Shown: positions 25,178-35,263, numbered from the stretch's first letter. The stretch: DNA of 64,000 nt from Thermoanaerobaculia bacterium (GCA_036402955.1 DASWRX010000128.1:21810-85809), one strand, 5' to 3'. Notes: a model not told the origin generated them from the letters alone. A program made the numbers and translations.

Positions 25178-26845
25178 TCAAGTCCCTGTTGCTGCCGCCC
25201 TTTCCAAAATCACCCCGAAGTCCGTGCCCGCGGGCAGCGTTCCGAAGGCCCGGCCGCCGTCTCCGGCCAGGCGGCTGGCGCAGAAGGCGTCGGCGACGTC
25301 CGCGGGGGCGTGGCGCACGAGCAGCGAGGCCTGGAGGGCCAGGGCCAGCCGCTCCACCAGGCGGCGGGCCCGCGCCTCCAGGTCCTCGGGCCTTTCGAGA
25401 TGGGACTGGAGCTCGTTGACGTAGATGTCCAGCCGGTGGTCGGACCCTTGAGCCTCGCGGATCTCGGCGAGCAGCGCCCGCAGCGACTCGGGGGTCTTCT
25501 GGATCGCCCGCAGCACGTCGAGGCACTGGACGTTCCCCGATCCTTCCCAGATCGAGTTGAGCGGCGCCTCGCGGTACAGCCGCGCCAGGCCCCACTCCTC
25601 CACGTAGCCATTGCCTCCCAGGCACTCCAGCGCCTCGGCGGCGTGGACCGGCGCGCGCTTGCAGGTCCAGTATTTGAGGACGGCCGTCGCCAGCCGCCGG
25701 AACGGGGTCTCCTCAGCATCATAGGCACGGGCGAGCCGCATCATGGCCGTCGTGGCGGCCTCGGATTCCAGGGCGAGATCGGCGAGCACGTTGCGCATCA
25801 GCGGCTGGTCGAGCAGGCGCTTGCCGAACGTCCGGCGGTGCGTGGCGTGGTGGATCGCCCGCGCTGTTCCCCAGCGCATGCCGGCGGCGGCGCCGATCAC
25901 GCAGTCGAGCCGCGTGTGGTTCACCATCTCCAGGATGGTCTGCACGCCCCGCCCCTCCTCTCCCACCAGGCGCGCCCAGGCGGCGCGGAATTCCACCTCG
26001 CTGGAGGCGTTCGAGCGGTTGCCGAGCTTGTCCTTGAGCCGCTGGAGGTGGAAGCGGTTGCGCTCGCCGTCCGGCGTGAAGCGGGGGAGAAGGAAGCAGG
26101 AGAGTCCCCCCGCAGCCTGGGCCAGCACGAGAAAGGCGTCGCACATCGGCGCCGAGCAGAACCACTTGTGGCCGGTGATCTCGTACCCGGCGCCCGGCCC
26201 TCCGGCGCCAACCGGCCACGCCGCCGTGGTGTTGGCCCGCACGTCCGAGCCCCCCTGCTTCTCGGTCATCGCCATGCCGCAGAGGGCGCCCGCCTTTTCG
26301 GTGGCCGGCACGAGCCGCGGATCGTAGACCGTGGAGGTGACGCGCGGCTCCCATTCCGCCGCGATCTCCGGCTGGAGGCGCAGGGCGGGCACCACCGAAT
26401 AGGTCATCGAGAGCGGGCATCCCACGCCGGCCTCCACCTGGGCGAGCGCCATGAACTGCGCCGCCCGCGCCACGTGGAGTCCATTGCGGGGGTCCCGCGG
26501 CTCGCGCCAGGGCAGGGCGTGGAGCCCGTGCTCCACCCCGAGCGCCATCAGCGCGTGCCACGCGGGGTGGAACTCCACCTCGTCGATCCGGTTGCCGTTG
26601 CGGTCGTGGGTGTGCAGCACAGGCGGATGCTCGTTCGCCTGAGCTCCCCAGAGAATCGTCTCCCGCCGCCCCGCGATCTCCCCGAAATCCCTTGCCCGCT
26701 CCTCGGCCCACCCCGCGCCCTCGCGCCGCAGCGCCTCGGTCAGCACCCGGTCGGAGGTGAAGAGGTTCACGTCCTCGAACGGCGGCGGCTGGTTGAAGAC
26801 GGTGTGGGTGGCGCGATTTCCGGGCAGGGTGGTCGGCTCAGGCAT
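25178..26845 (-). CDS. aidB: AidB-like acyl-CoA dehydrogenase family protein
   Basis: 555 aa. Collinear with E. coli AidB as I remember it: HTVFNQPPP, VEFHPAWHALM, GMAMTEKQGGSDV, LKDKLGNRSNASSEVEF, NSIWEGSGNV. Confidence 0.9.
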   Translation of the reverse strand: MPEPTTLPGNRATHTVFNQPPPFEDVNLFTSDRVLTEALRREGAGWAEERARDFGEIAGRRETILWGAQANEHPPVLHTHDRNGNRIDEVEFHPAWHALMALGVEHGLHALPWREPRDPRNGLHVARAAQFMALAQVEAGVGCPLSMTYSVVPALRLQPEIAAEWEPRVTSTVYDPRLVPATEKAGALCGMAMTEKQGGSDVRANTTAAWPVGAGGPGAGYEITGHKWFCSAPMCDAFLVLAQAAGGLSCFLLPRFTPDGERNRFHLQRLKDKLGNRSNASSEVEFRAAWARLVGEEGRGVQTILEMVNHTRLDCVIGAAAGMRWGTARAIHHATHRRTFGKRLLDQPLMRNVLADLALESEAATTAMMRLARAYDAEETPFRRLATAVLKYWTCKRAPVHAAEALECLGGNGYVEEWGLARLYREAPLNSIWEGSGNVQCLDVLRAIQKTPESLRALLAEIREAQGSDHRLDIYVNELQSHLERPEDLEARARRLVERLALALQASLLVRHAPADVADAFCASRLAGDGGRAFGTLPAGTDFGVILERAAATGT

Positions 26846-26936
26846 GATGGATAAGGATACGCCGTTGGGATGAGGCCGCAGGTCACGGACGCTTCGACCA
26901 GCGATAGGATCAACCCCGGCTTACAGGAGATCCTCG

Positions 26937-27998
26937 ATGGCGATTCGGGAAGGCGCTTGGGACTGCCCGGTCTGCGGGCGCGAACGAAACCGCGGACCCG
27001 AGAAGTTCTGCGGCGGCTGCGGCTCGCCCCGCGGTCCCGAGGTCGAGTTCTACCTGCCGGAGGACGCTCCCGAGGTCACCGACGCCGAGGCCGTGAAGCG
27101 GGCGGGCGCAGGGCCGGACTGGATCTGCCCCTACTGCCAGGCGGACAACGCGGACGCCAACGCTTTCTGCTCCGGTTGCGGCGCTCCCCGCGACGGCGCG
27201 AAGACGCGCCAGGTCACCGAGCAGAGATTCGACGCCGCCCCGCAGCCGGTAGCCGCTCCGCAGCCGCTGAAAGACGGCGGCTCGCGCCTCCAGGAGGGGC
27301 TCGGCCTCGGCTGCCTCGGCCTGATCGCCCTGGTGGCCCTCGTCGCGTTCCTCGGCCGCGCCAAGCCCACGACGCTCACGGTCACCGGCTTTCACTGGAT
27401 GCGGACGATCGCGGTGGAGCAACTCCGTCCGGTCGAGGAGCAGGCCTGGGAGGGCGAGGTCCCGAGCGGAGCCCGCGTTCTCGGGAGCAGCCGGGAGGTC
27501 CATCACGTCGATCACATCCAGATCGGCAGCGAGACGCGGACCCGCGACATCACCGAGCGGGTGCAGACCGGCTCGCAACGGGTCAAGGTCGGCACCCGCA
27601 ACCGCGGCAACGGCTATTTCGAGGACATCTACGAGGACCGGCCCACTTACGAGAACCGTACGCGCCAGGAGACCTATCAGCAGCCGGTCTACCGCGATCA
27701 GCCCGTCTACCGGCAGCGCATCCGCTACGAGATCGAGAAGTGGATGCCCGACCGGGTGGCCCAGGCCGAAGGGAGGGCCCATGCGGCCGCCTGGCCCGAT
27801 CCCCAACTCGGGTCCCAGGAGCGGGGCGGCAAGCGCACCGAAGCCTACGAGATCCTCTTCCGGACCGCCGAGGGAAGGCCCATCACCTACAAGGTGCTGA
27901 ACGAACAGGTCTGGAGCAGCTTCGAATTGGGACGGAGCTACAAGGGAAAGGTCTACGACAGTGGGGAGGTGGCGGAGGTGGCGAAGGGCGGCAGCTAG
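26937..27998 (+). CDS. Membrane protein with two N-terminal zinc-ribbon motifs; function unknown
   Basis: 353 aa, AGGAG upstream. CPVCG..CGGCG and CPYCQ..CSGCG. One TM segment (LGLGCLGLIALVALVAFL). The C-terminal domain is unrecognised. Confidence 0.7.
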   Translation: MAIREGAWDCPVCGRERNRGPEKFCGGCGSPRGPEVEFYLPEDAPEVTDAEAVKRAGAGPDWICPYCQADNADANAFCSGCGAPRDGAKTRQVTEQRFDAAPQPVAAPQPLKDGGSRLQEGLGLGCLGLIALVALVAFLGRAKPTTLTVTGFHWMRTIAVEQLRPVEEQAWEGEVPSGARVLGSSREVHHVDHIQIGSETRTRDITERVQTGSQRVKVGTRNRGNGYFEDIYEDRPTYENRTRQETYQQPVYRDQPVYRQRIRYEIEKWMPDRVAQAEGRAHAAAWPDPQLGSQERGGKRTEAYEILFRTAEGRPITYKVLNEQVWSSFELGRSYKGKVYDSGEVAEVAKGGS

Positions 27999-28028
27999 AT
28001 CGCGAGGACCGCGATGTCGCGCCCGGGC

Positions 28029-31000
28029 CTACGCCGCCGCCTCCTCCTCGATCTCCCGCCCCCGTTTCGGGAACATCTTCCGCACCAGCCCGCCCATCTT
28101 CTCCTTGCCCCGCAGGTCGTCGAAGAGCGAGTAGAAGACCGGCGTCGCCAGCAGGGTCAGCAGCAGTGAGAGGCTCTGGCCGCCGATGACCACCACGGCG
28201 ATCGCCCGCCGCTCCTCGGCTCCCGGGCCGGTGCCGACGGCCAGCGGGAGCATGCCGGCGACCAGCGCCAGCGTCGTCATCAGGATCGGCCGCAGCCGGT
28301 CGCGGTTGCCCTGGAGGATGGCCGCCAGGCGGTCCATCCCCTGCGCCCGCAGATTGTTCATGTGATCGATCTGCAGGATGGCATTCTTCTTCACCACGCC
28401 GAACAGCACCAGGATGCCCAGTGCTGAGTAGAGGTTGAGCGTGTTCCCCGTGGCCCACAGCGACAGCAGGGCGAACGGCACCGCCAGCGGCAGCGACAGC
28501 AGGATGGTCAGCGGATGGACCACGCTCTCGAACTGCGAGGCGAGGATCATGTACATGAAGATGATCGACAGCATCAGCGCCCAGACGAACTCGCGGTAGG
28601 TGCGCGCCAGCTCCTTGCCGCGCCCGCTGACGGCGGTCGAGTAGGTGGGCGGCAGGTTCATCTCCCTGACCGCCTGCTGCAACGCCTCCAGCCGGTCCGC
28701 CAGCGCGTAGCCGGGAGCCACGCCGGCGCGCAGGCTCACCTGCCGCTGGCGGTCCAGGCGGTCGACGCGCGAGGCCGTGGTCTCCTCCCTGACGCTGACG
28801 AAGTTGCCGAGCTGGTAGAGCTTGCCTCCCCGGCCCGGCACGTAGAGGCCGAGGATCGAGCCGCGGTCGTTGCGCGTCCCCTCGGTCAGCCGGAGCTGCA
28901 CGTCGTAGTCGTCGTTGATCTGCGGGTCGTGGAAGCGGGAGACTTGGCTGTCCCCGCCCACCATCAGGTTCAGCGCGTCGGCCACGTTGGACATGTCGAC
29001 GCCGAGGGCGGCGGCGCGGTCGCGGTCCACCTGGATGCGCAGCTCCGGACGGTCGAGCTTGAGCGTGGTGTCGGCGTCGATGATGCCGCCCAGCTCCTTG
29101 GACTTCAGGCGCAGTTGCTCGGCGTAGGTGGCGAGCGCCTGGAGGTCCGGGCCGCGCAGGGCGAAGTCGATGTCCCAGTTGCCGCCGCCGATGTTGAAGG
29201 AGGGGAGGTTGTGGACGCCGCAGCGCAGGTCCCGGTACTTGGCGAGCCGCGCGCGGACCTGCGTCATCACCTCTTCCTGGCTGTAGTTGTCGCGGAAGGC
29301 CGCACCGGGATCGAGGCGGATCAGGCCGCCGAGGAAGCGGCCGACCGAGAACTTGCGTTCCGCGCTCGGCACCATGCGCACGAACACGTAGCCCTGGTTG
29401 ACGCCGCCCAGGAAGCCGCCGCCGGCCGTCGCCAGCACGCTGCGGATGCCGTGGACCTGGTGCAGCTCGGCCTCGATGGCGCGCATCGCCTCGTCGATGC
29501 CGGCGAGGCTCATCCCCTCGGGGCCCTTGACGTTGATCTCGAACTCCGACTCGTCGACGTTGCTCGGGATGTATTCCACCTTCACCAGCTTGAACAGCGG
29601 CAGCGAGGCGAGCATGACGCCGAGACAGATCAGCGCCGCCACGCGCCGGTGGGCCAGGGTGAGCCGCAGCAGCCGCTCGTAGCCATGATCGAGCCGGGCG
29701 TAGAAGCCTTGCCGCGAGCGGGCCGTTCCATCAGCCTCCCCGCCGTGGCCGGACGAGGCGTCCTCGGCGCGCAGCATGCGGGCGCTCATCATCGGCGTCA
29801 GCGTGAAGGAAACCAGCAGGGAGACCAGCACCGCCGCCGCCGCCGTCAGGCCGAACTGGTAGAGGAAGCGGCCGGAGATGCTCGACATGAAGGAGACGGG
29901 CACGAAGATGACCACCAGCGACAGCGTGGTGGCGAGCACCGCGAGGCCGATCTCGCGGGTGGCCTCCTTCGCCGCCTGGAACGAGCTCATCTTCTTCTCC
30001 TCGATGAAGCGGAAGATGTTCTCGAGCACCACGATGGCGTCGTCAATCACCACGCCCACCATCAGCACCAGCGCCAGCATGGTGACGCTGGTGAGGGTGA
30101 AATTGAGCGCCTTCATCATGCCGAAGGTGGCGATCACCGAGGTGGGGATCGCCACCGCCGCGATCACCGTCGAGCGCCAGCTTCGCATGAAGGCGAACAC
30201 CACCAGCGAGGCGAAGATGCTGCCCAGGATCAGGTGCAGGTTGATCTCGTGCAGCGCGGCGTAGATGTAGGTCGACTGGTCGCGGATCACCCGCAGCTTC
30301 AAGTCCGGCGGGAGCTGGGCCTGGAGGCGGGCGAGCGCCTCCTTGGCGCCGTTGATCACCTCGACGGTGTTGGCGCCCGACTGCCGCAGCACGTCCAGGC
30401 TGACGGTCGGCACGCCGTCCAGCCGGGCGATCGAGCGCTGCTCCTTGGTGCCGTCCTCGGACGATCCCAGGTCGCGCACGCGCACCGGCTGGCCGTTGAT
30501 CGTGGCCACCACCAGATCGTTGAACTCCTCCGAATTCTGGAACCGGCCCATGGTGCGCAGCGTCTGCTCGCGCGCGCCGGAGGTGACGTTGCCGCCCGGC
30601 GCCTCGGCGTTCTGCCGCACCAGCGCCTCGCGCACCGCCGTGATCGGGATGCCGTAGGCGGTCAGCCGGCCGGGATCGATCCAGACGTTGATCGCCCGCT
30701 GGAGGCCCCCCACGAGCTGCACGTCGCCGACTCCGGCGGAGCGCTCGAGCTGGATCTTGACCACCTTGTCGGCGTACTCGGTCAGCTCGCGCAACGAGCG
30801 GTTGCCCGACAGCGCGATCGACATCACCGGCTCGCTGTCGTTGTTGAACTTGGAGACCACCGGCGGCAGCACGTCGAGCGGCAGGTTGCGGGTGACCCCG
30901 GCGATGCGGTCGCGGATGTCCTGCGCGGCGGCCTCGATGTCGCGGTTGAGATTGAAGGTGGCGATGACGAAGGAGGTGTTGCCCGAGGAGATCGAGCGCA

Positions 31001-31241
31001 GCTCCTCGATGCCGTCCACGGTGTTGACCGCCTCCTCGATCTTCTGCGAGATCTCGGCCTCGGTCTCCTCGGTGGAGGAGCCCGGCAGCGTCGTGCGCAC
31101 GGAGACGGTGGGGAGATCGACGGAGGGGAAGCGGTCCACCCCCAGCCGGCCGTAGCTGGCGGCGCCCACCACCACCAGGGCGAGCACGATCATGGCCGCG
31201 AACACCGGCCGGCGGATGCAGATGTCGGCGAGCTTCTGCAT
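28029..31241 (-). CDS. RND efflux transporter permease (HAE-type, AcrB-like)
   Basis: 1070 aa. MQKLADICIRRPVFAAM N-terminus. TM4 motif VVIDDAIVVLENI is of the multidrug/HAE type rather than the HME metal type. Confidence 0.9.
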   Translation of the reverse strand: MQKLADICIRRPVFAAMIVLALVVVGAASYGRLGVDRFPSVDLPTVSVRTTLPGSSTEETEAEISQKIEEAVNTVDGIEELRSISSGNTSFVIATFNLNRDIEAAAQDIRDRIAGVTRNLPLDVLPPVVSKFNNDSEPVMSIALSGNRSLRELTEYADKVVKIQLERSAGVGDVQLVGGLQRAINVWIDPGRLTAYGIPITAVREALVRQNAEAPGGNVTSGAREQTLRTMGRFQNSEEFNDLVVATINGQPVRVRDLGSSEDGTKEQRSIARLDGVPTVSLDVLRQSGANTVEVINGAKEALARLQAQLPPDLKLRVIRDQSTYIYAALHEINLHLILGSIFASLVVFAFMRSWRSTVIAAVAIPTSVIATFGMMKALNFTLTSVTMLALVLMVGVVIDDAIVVLENIFRFIEEKKMSSFQAAKEATREIGLAVLATTLSLVVIFVPVSFMSSISGRFLYQFGLTAAAAVLVSLLVSFTLTPMMSARMLRAEDASSGHGGEADGTARSRQGFYARLDHGYERLLRLTLAHRRVAALICLGVMLASLPLFKLVKVEYIPSNVDESEFEINVKGPEGMSLAGIDEAMRAIEAELHQVHGIRSVLATAGGGFLGGVNQGYVFVRMVPSAERKFSVGRFLGGLIRLDPGAAFRDNYSQEEVMTQVRARLAKYRDLRCGVHNLPSFNIGGGNWDIDFALRGPDLQALATYAEQLRLKSKELGGIIDADTTLKLDRPELRIQVDRDRAAALGVDMSNVADALNLMVGGDSQVSRFHDPQINDDYDVQLRLTEGTRNDRGSILGLYVPGRGGKLYQLGNFVSVREETTASRVDRLDRQRQVSLRAGVAPGYALADRLEALQQAVREMNLPPTYSTAVSGRGKELARTYREFVWALMLSIIFMYMILASQFESVVHPLTILLSLPLAVPFALLSLWATGNTLNLYSALGILVLFGVVKKNAILQIDHMNNLRAQGMDRLAAILQGNRDRLRPILMTTLALVAGMLPLAVGTGPGAEERRAIAVVVIGGQSLSLLLTLLATPVFYSLFDDLRGKEKMGGLVRKMFPKRGREIEEEAAA

Positions 31242-31271
31242 GCGATTCCTGATCCTTACAGCGGCGGTCCC

Positions 31272-32492
31272 TTACAAGGCCACCCGGACGGGCTCGCCGG
31301 TGACGAGGTTGCCGGGCTGGACCACCACGGATTCGCCGGCCTTGACGCCGTCCACGATCTCCACCCGGTCGCCCGCGTGGCGGCCGGTCCGCACCTTCCT
31401 CTCGACCGCCTTGCCGTCCCGGACGCCGATCACCTTCTCGATGCCGGCGAAGGTGACGATCGACGAGGCGGGCACCAGCACGGCCGCGTCGCCGGCCTGG
31501 ACCACGATCGCGGCGCGCGCGAAGGCGCCCGGCCGCAGGCCGCCGTCGGCGTTCGGGACCTCGGCCTCCACCATCAGCGTGCGGTTGTCCTCGCTGATCG
31601 AGGGGCTGATGCGGGCGACGCGCCCGGCGTGCTTCCCGGGCTCTCCCTCGACGGTGAGGTCGACCGGCTGGCCGATGCGGATGCCGGCCGCCTCGCGTTC
31701 CGGCACGGCGAGCCGCAGCCGCAGCGGCCGCACCCGCACCAGGAACGCCACCGGCGCGCCGGCCGCCACGTAGTCGCCGGCGTTCACCAGCCGCTCGCGG
31801 ACGGCGCCGTCGAACGGGGCGGTGAGCACGGAGTCGGCGAGCTGCTGCTGGGCGATGGCGAGCTCGCTGCGGCGCTGCGACAACAGGGCCTGGCGGGTGC
31901 GGGCCGTCTCGATCGCCTCCTGATACCGCCCCTCCGCCACGCCGAGATTGGCGTCGGCGGTGTCGAGGTCCGACTTGGGGATGAGCTGCTCCTGGAACAG
32001 CCGGGCCATGCGCTCGCGGGTGAGCTGGGTCTGCTTCAGGGTCGCGGCGGCCTGCTTGACCACGGCGGTCTGCTCGGGATTCACGGCGTCGTCCGTCCCG
32101 GTGGGAGAGAGGCCGAGCTGGGTCCGTGCCTGTTGCAGGGCGGTCTCGGCCTGGCGGACCTTCAGCTCGAAGTCGATGGCGACGAGCCGCGCGATCACCT
32201 GGCCGCTGCGCACGGGCGAGCCGATGTCGACCAGCAGCCGCTCCAGCCGGCCGGCGGCCTTGAAGCCGAGCTGGGTCTGCTGATCGGCGGCGAGCGTTCC
32301 CGAGACCTCGACGGTGCGCGCCAGCCGGCCCTCCTCGGCTTTGGCGAGGCGCACCTCGCGGGCGGGTCCGGCGGCCTTGCCGGCCTTGTCCGCGCCCTTG
32401 GCTCCGGCTGAAGCGGGATCCCCTCCGCATCCCGCGAGCAGAGCCGACAGGGCAAGGGTCGGCACCATATAATTCAAGAACTTCATCAACAT
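31272..32492 (-). CDS. RND efflux periplasmic adaptor (membrane fusion protein), lipoprotein
   Basis: ORF 31272..32687 trimmed to ATG 32492 (MLMKFLNYMVPTLALSALLAGCGG lipobox). Coiled-coil hairpin and beta-barrel segments typical of MFPs. 30 nt upstream of the RND gene. Confidence 0.85.
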   Translation of the reverse strand: MLMKFLNYMVPTLALSALLAGCGGDPASAGAKGADKAGKAAGPAREVRLAKAEEGRLARTVEVSGTLAADQQTQLGFKAAGRLERLLVDIGSPVRSGQVIARLVAIDFELKVRQAETALQQARTQLGLSPTGTDDAVNPEQTAVVKQAAATLKQTQLTRERMARLFQEQLIPKSDLDTADANLGVAEGRYQEAIETARTRQALLSQRRSELAIAQQQLADSVLTAPFDGAVRERLVNAGDYVAAGAPVAFLVRVRPLRLRLAVPEREAAGIRIGQPVDLTVEGEPGKHAGRVARISPSISEDNRTLMVEAEVPNADGGLRPGAFARAAIVVQAGDAAVLVPASSIVTFAGIEKVIGVRDGKAVERKVRTGRHAGDRVEIVDGVKAGESVVVQPGNLVTGEPVRVAL

Positions 32493-32623
32493 GGGATCTC
32501 CCCGGGAGTCCTCTGCGAGAGCAGAGAGACGAAATACGTGCTCCCACCACAAAAGTTGCGGCTCGCCCCGGGTATTCCCAAGGGCGGCCGCCAGGCGGGA
32601 AGATGAGCTGCCTGATCTCAGTG

Positions 32624-33013
32624 TTAGACGCAGTGATACCAGCAGGTGCAACCATCGTTGGTGGCGACGCAGGCAATGATGTGGCATCGACCCTGCGTCG
32701 CCGAGCCGGGGCGCTGCTTGACGAGCCGTTGCAGATCCTTCTGCTCCGCCGGGGAGAGGATCTCTTCAGGAGAAGGCATGTGCATGATTCGCCTGAACTC
32801 TTCATCGTTCAGGATCGTGATGCGTCTCTTGCTCTTTTCCTCTCCGGCCCCGGCGGCCGGTTTCGCAGAGTCTTCGCTCACGGCCGGCCGGGCGTCAGAG
32901 ATCGCCGGCCAGCCCGGAACGGGCAGCGCGAACGACGAGAGGACGAAGAGAGCGCTGACGAAGGTGGTCCTGCGGAGAACGGTGCTCCAGCCCTGATTCC
33001 AGTTTTCGAACAT
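32624..33013 (-). CDS. Small secreted protein with Cys/His-rich C-terminal tail
   Basis: 129 aa. AGGAG upstream of ATG 33013. Signal-like N-terminus (TTFVSALFVLSSFALPVPGWPAISDA). The last 21 residues are RCHIIACVATNDGCTCWYHCV (5 Cys, 2 His). Family not recognised. Confidence 0.65.
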   Translation of the reverse strand: MFENWNQGWSTVLRRTTFVSALFVLSSFALPVPGWPAISDARPAVSEDSAKPAAGAGEEKSKRRITILNDEEFRRIMHMPSPEEILSPAEQKDLQRLVKQRPGSATQGRCHIIACVATNDGCTCWYHCV

Positions 33014-33099
33014 GACTTCTCCTTTTCTCTGCGGGTGGTAGATCGTTTCGAGCGCCGCGCAGAATCGCGCGGCTTCGTGATCTGGACAGGCTCTCTTAG

Positions 33100-33115
33100 A
33101 GCAGGCTGGATGCCA
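33100..33115 (-). promoter_or_regulatory. Sigma54 (-24/-12) promoter candidate upstream of 32624..33013
   Basis: Reverse strand reads TGGCATccagcCTGCT, i.e. GG-N10-GC spacing matching TGGCAC-N5-TTGCW. It lies about 87 nt upstream of ATG 33013 and about 100 nt downstream of two palindromes. Confidence 0.55.
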
Positions 33116-33203
33116 GCCCGGCCGGATCCCGAGGATCGACGGTCAACTGCAAGCAAGAGAATGGTTTAGGACGAAATGCCGGAACACCGTGGAAGGCCGG
33201 GAC

Positions 33204-33217
33204 TGTCCGATCGGACA
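33204..33217. promoter_or_regulatory. Perfect 14-bp palindrome TGTCCGATCGGACA (candidate enhancer-binding-protein site)
   Basis: Read directly from the sequence. Centre-to-centre distance to the next palindrome is 22 bp. Confidence 0.5.
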
Positions 33218-33225
33218 AGAACCTA

Positions 33226-33239
33226 TATCCGATCGGATA
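33226..33239. promoter_or_regulatory. Perfect 14-bp palindrome TATCCGATCGGATA (candidate enhancer-binding-protein site)
   Basis: Read directly from the sequence. Abuts the stop codon of the sigma54 activator gene. A near-identical copy lies at 35162..35175. Confidence 0.5.
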
Positions 33240-33242
33240 GCC

Positions 33243-35132
33243 TCAACCCTTCAGCTCGAAATTTCGGATCAACCGGTGCAGGTAGGTGGAGTTGAGATCG
33301 AGGAGCTCCGCCGCCCGGGTGACGTTGCCGCCGGCCTGATCGATCGCGTCGAGGATCAGCCGCTGTTTGAAGGCATTCACCGTAGCGTGATACTTGCCGA
33401 CCGGACCGCCTCCCGACTCGGTGGGGGCAGACGTTTCGAGCACGGTCTCCGGCAGGTCCTCGGGGCGGATCAGCTCCCCCTCGCCGAGCACGACCGCCCT
33501 TTCGATCGCGTTGGCGAGCTCGCGGACGTTGCCCGGCCAGCCGTAGCGGAGGAGGCAGGCGCGTGCCTGGGGGGTGAAGCCCGCGACGCGGCGGCCGAGC
33601 TTGCGGCTGAACAGGGCCGCGAAGTGGCCGGCGAGGAGAGGGACGTCCTCCCGGCGCTCGCGCAGGGAGGGCAGCGTCACCGCGATGACGTTCAGGCGAT
33701 AATAGAGATCTTCCCGGAACGTCCCTTCGCGGATTCCTTTTTCCAGATCTCGGTTGGTGGCGGCGATCAGCCGCACGTCCGCCTTGATCGGCCGCGTGGC
33801 GCCGACCCGCTCGAACTCGCGCTCCTGGAGGACGCGCAGCAGCCGGGCCTGGAGGGCCGGCGGAATCTCTCCCACCTCGTCGAGAAACAGCGTGCCCCCC
33901 TGGGCCGCCTCGATCCTGCCGATCTTTCGTTCGACCGCTCCCGTGAATGCCCCTCGCTCGTGGCCGAAGAGCTCGCTCTGCAGCAGCGTCTCGGAGAGCG
34001 TGGCGCAGTTGACCGCCACGAACGGCTTGCCGGCGCGGGGGCTGCCGCGATGGAGCGCGCGCGCCGCCACCTCCTTGCCGGTGCCGCTCTCGCCGCGCAG
34101 CAGGACGGTCGAGTCGGTGGCGGCGACGCGGGAGAGGAGGCGCTGGACCTCCCGCATCCGCTGGCTCTCGCCCACCATGCCGGCGTCCAGGGCGCCCTCG
34201 ATCCGCTGGCTCTCCTCTTCCAGCGCCTCCAGGTGGCGGACGCCGGCGAGCGCCGCCGCGGCGATGCCGGCCGCGGCCGTGATCAGCTCCAGGTGCCGCT
34301 CGTCGAAGCGGGTTCCCGTGTCGCGGGTATCCAGGTAGAGGACGCCGAGCGTTCCCTCGCGGCCGGTCAGCGGCGCGGCGAGGAGCGACTGGAGACGGGC
34401 CGCCTGCACGCTCTCGACGCCCTCCCAACCGCCGCTCTGCAGCACGTCGTTCGCGAGCACGGCGGAGCGCTCGGCCACCACGCGCTCGATCAGGGTGCGG
34501 GAAATGGGGAAAGGCTCGGTCTTGCCCTGGCGGTCCAGCGCGGAGACGGAGACGAACGCGCCCGTCGGATCGAGCAGGAGCAGGGCGGCCCGCTCTGCGG
34601 GAACGGTCTCCAGCGCCAGCTCGAGCAGGCGGCGGGCGAGCGGCGCGGTGGCGCGGAGCTCGTGGAGAGCGCTGGCGATCCGCAGCAGCGCCTGGAGATC
34701 CCGGGCGACCCGCGCGTCCGGCGGCAGGGCCGCGAAAGCGGCTTCAGGATGGAGCGCCTCTACCGTGAGGTGGACCGTGCTCTCCGCGACCCACCTCCGA
34801 TCGCCGAGCAGAACCGATTCCGGCTCGGGCTCCGGCTCTTCGGCGCGGCTCTGAAACAGGAACAGCGAGCCGCCGATGGTGACCAGGTCGCCATGCTCCA
34901 GGGCTCTCTCGACGATCGGCACGCCGTTGACGAACGTGCCGTGCCGGCTCTCCAGGTCCCGCAACAGGAACCGTCCATCCCTCGCTTCGAGCGTGCAGTG
35001 GTGGCGGGAGACCCCGAGGTCGCGCAGGTGGACGGCGTTGCCATGGTCGCGGCCGACGGAGAGTGTCTCCGCGGTCAGCGGCAGAGTCTGGCCCGCCAGG
35101 AGGCCGGAGATGGCGATCAGGGCTGGAGTCAT
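33243..35132 (-). CDS. Sigma54-dependent transcriptional activator with FHA and GAF sensory domains
   Basis: 629 aa. FHA ([47 protein letters not shown]). GAF-like middle region. AAA+ domain ([38 protein letters not shown]). C-terminal Fis-type HTH ([25 protein letters not shown]). Confidence 0.9.
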   Translation of the reverse strand: MTPALIAISGLLAGQTLPLTAETLSVGRDHGNAVHLRDLGVSRHHCTLEARDGRFLLRDLESRHGTFVNGVPIVERALEHGDLVTIGGSLFLFQSRAEEPEPEPESVLLGDRRWVAESTVHLTVEALHPEAAFAALPPDARVARDLQALLRIASALHELRATAPLARRLLELALETVPAERAALLLLDPTGAFVSVSALDRQGKTEPFPISRTLIERVVAERSAVLANDVLQSGGWEGVESVQAARLQSLLAAPLTGREGTLGVLYLDTRDTGTRFDERHLELITAAAGIAAAALAGVRHLEALEEESQRIEGALDAGMVGESQRMREVQRLLSRVAATDSTVLLRGESGTGKEVAARALHRGSPRAGKPFVAVNCATLSETLLQSELFGHERGAFTGAVERKIGRIEAAQGGTLFLDEVGEIPPALQARLLRVLQEREFERVGATRPIKADVRLIAATNRDLEKGIREGTFREDLYYRLNVIAVTLPSLRERREDVPLLAGHFAALFSRKLGRRVAGFTPQARACLLRYGWPGNVRELANAIERAVVLGEGELIRPEDLPETVLETSAPTESGGGPVGKYHATVNAFKQRLILDAIDQAGGNVTRAAELLDLNSTYLHRLIRNFELKG

Positions 35133-35161
35133 GAGATTCTCTACGTGTCTGGATACAAGTC

Positions 35162-35175
35162 TATCGGATCGGATA
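35162..35175. promoter_or_regulatory. Third copy of the palindrome family: TATCGGATCGGATA
   Basis: One mismatch from TATCCGATCGGATA; the flanking GCC is also shared. Lies 30 nt upstream of the activator start (35132) and about 90 nt upstream of a TGGCAC on the + strand. Confidence 0.45.
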
Positions 35176-35263
35176 GCCCTCCGCGGCAGGGCTGCGGTCG
35201 TGATTCGGAAAGAACCCCTTTGTAATCAACGGAATCCGCCGGGGGTCGGTCCGTCTCCACGGT

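Noticed and set aside
28515-32411. 1298-aa ORF on the plus strand
   Set aside because: It is antisense to the RND permease and adaptor genes, whose products have unmistakable family motifs. The translation is low-complexity (runs of H, R, D, G, A).
28029-32492. Interpreting the RND pump as a heavy-metal (HME, Czc/Cus-type) exporter served by the Cys/His-tailed protein as metallochaperone
   Set aside because: The TM4 signature reads VVIDDAIVVLEN (multidrug/HAE type), not the DFG..DGA..VEN type I associate with HME pumps. The idea is kept only as a weak alternative in the finding.
32493-32623. Second sigma54 promoter between the Cys-tailed gene and the adaptor gene
   Set aside because: I searched the minus strand for the GG-N10-GC geometry. 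The TGGCGG and GGAGCAC candidates lack a correctly spaced GC.
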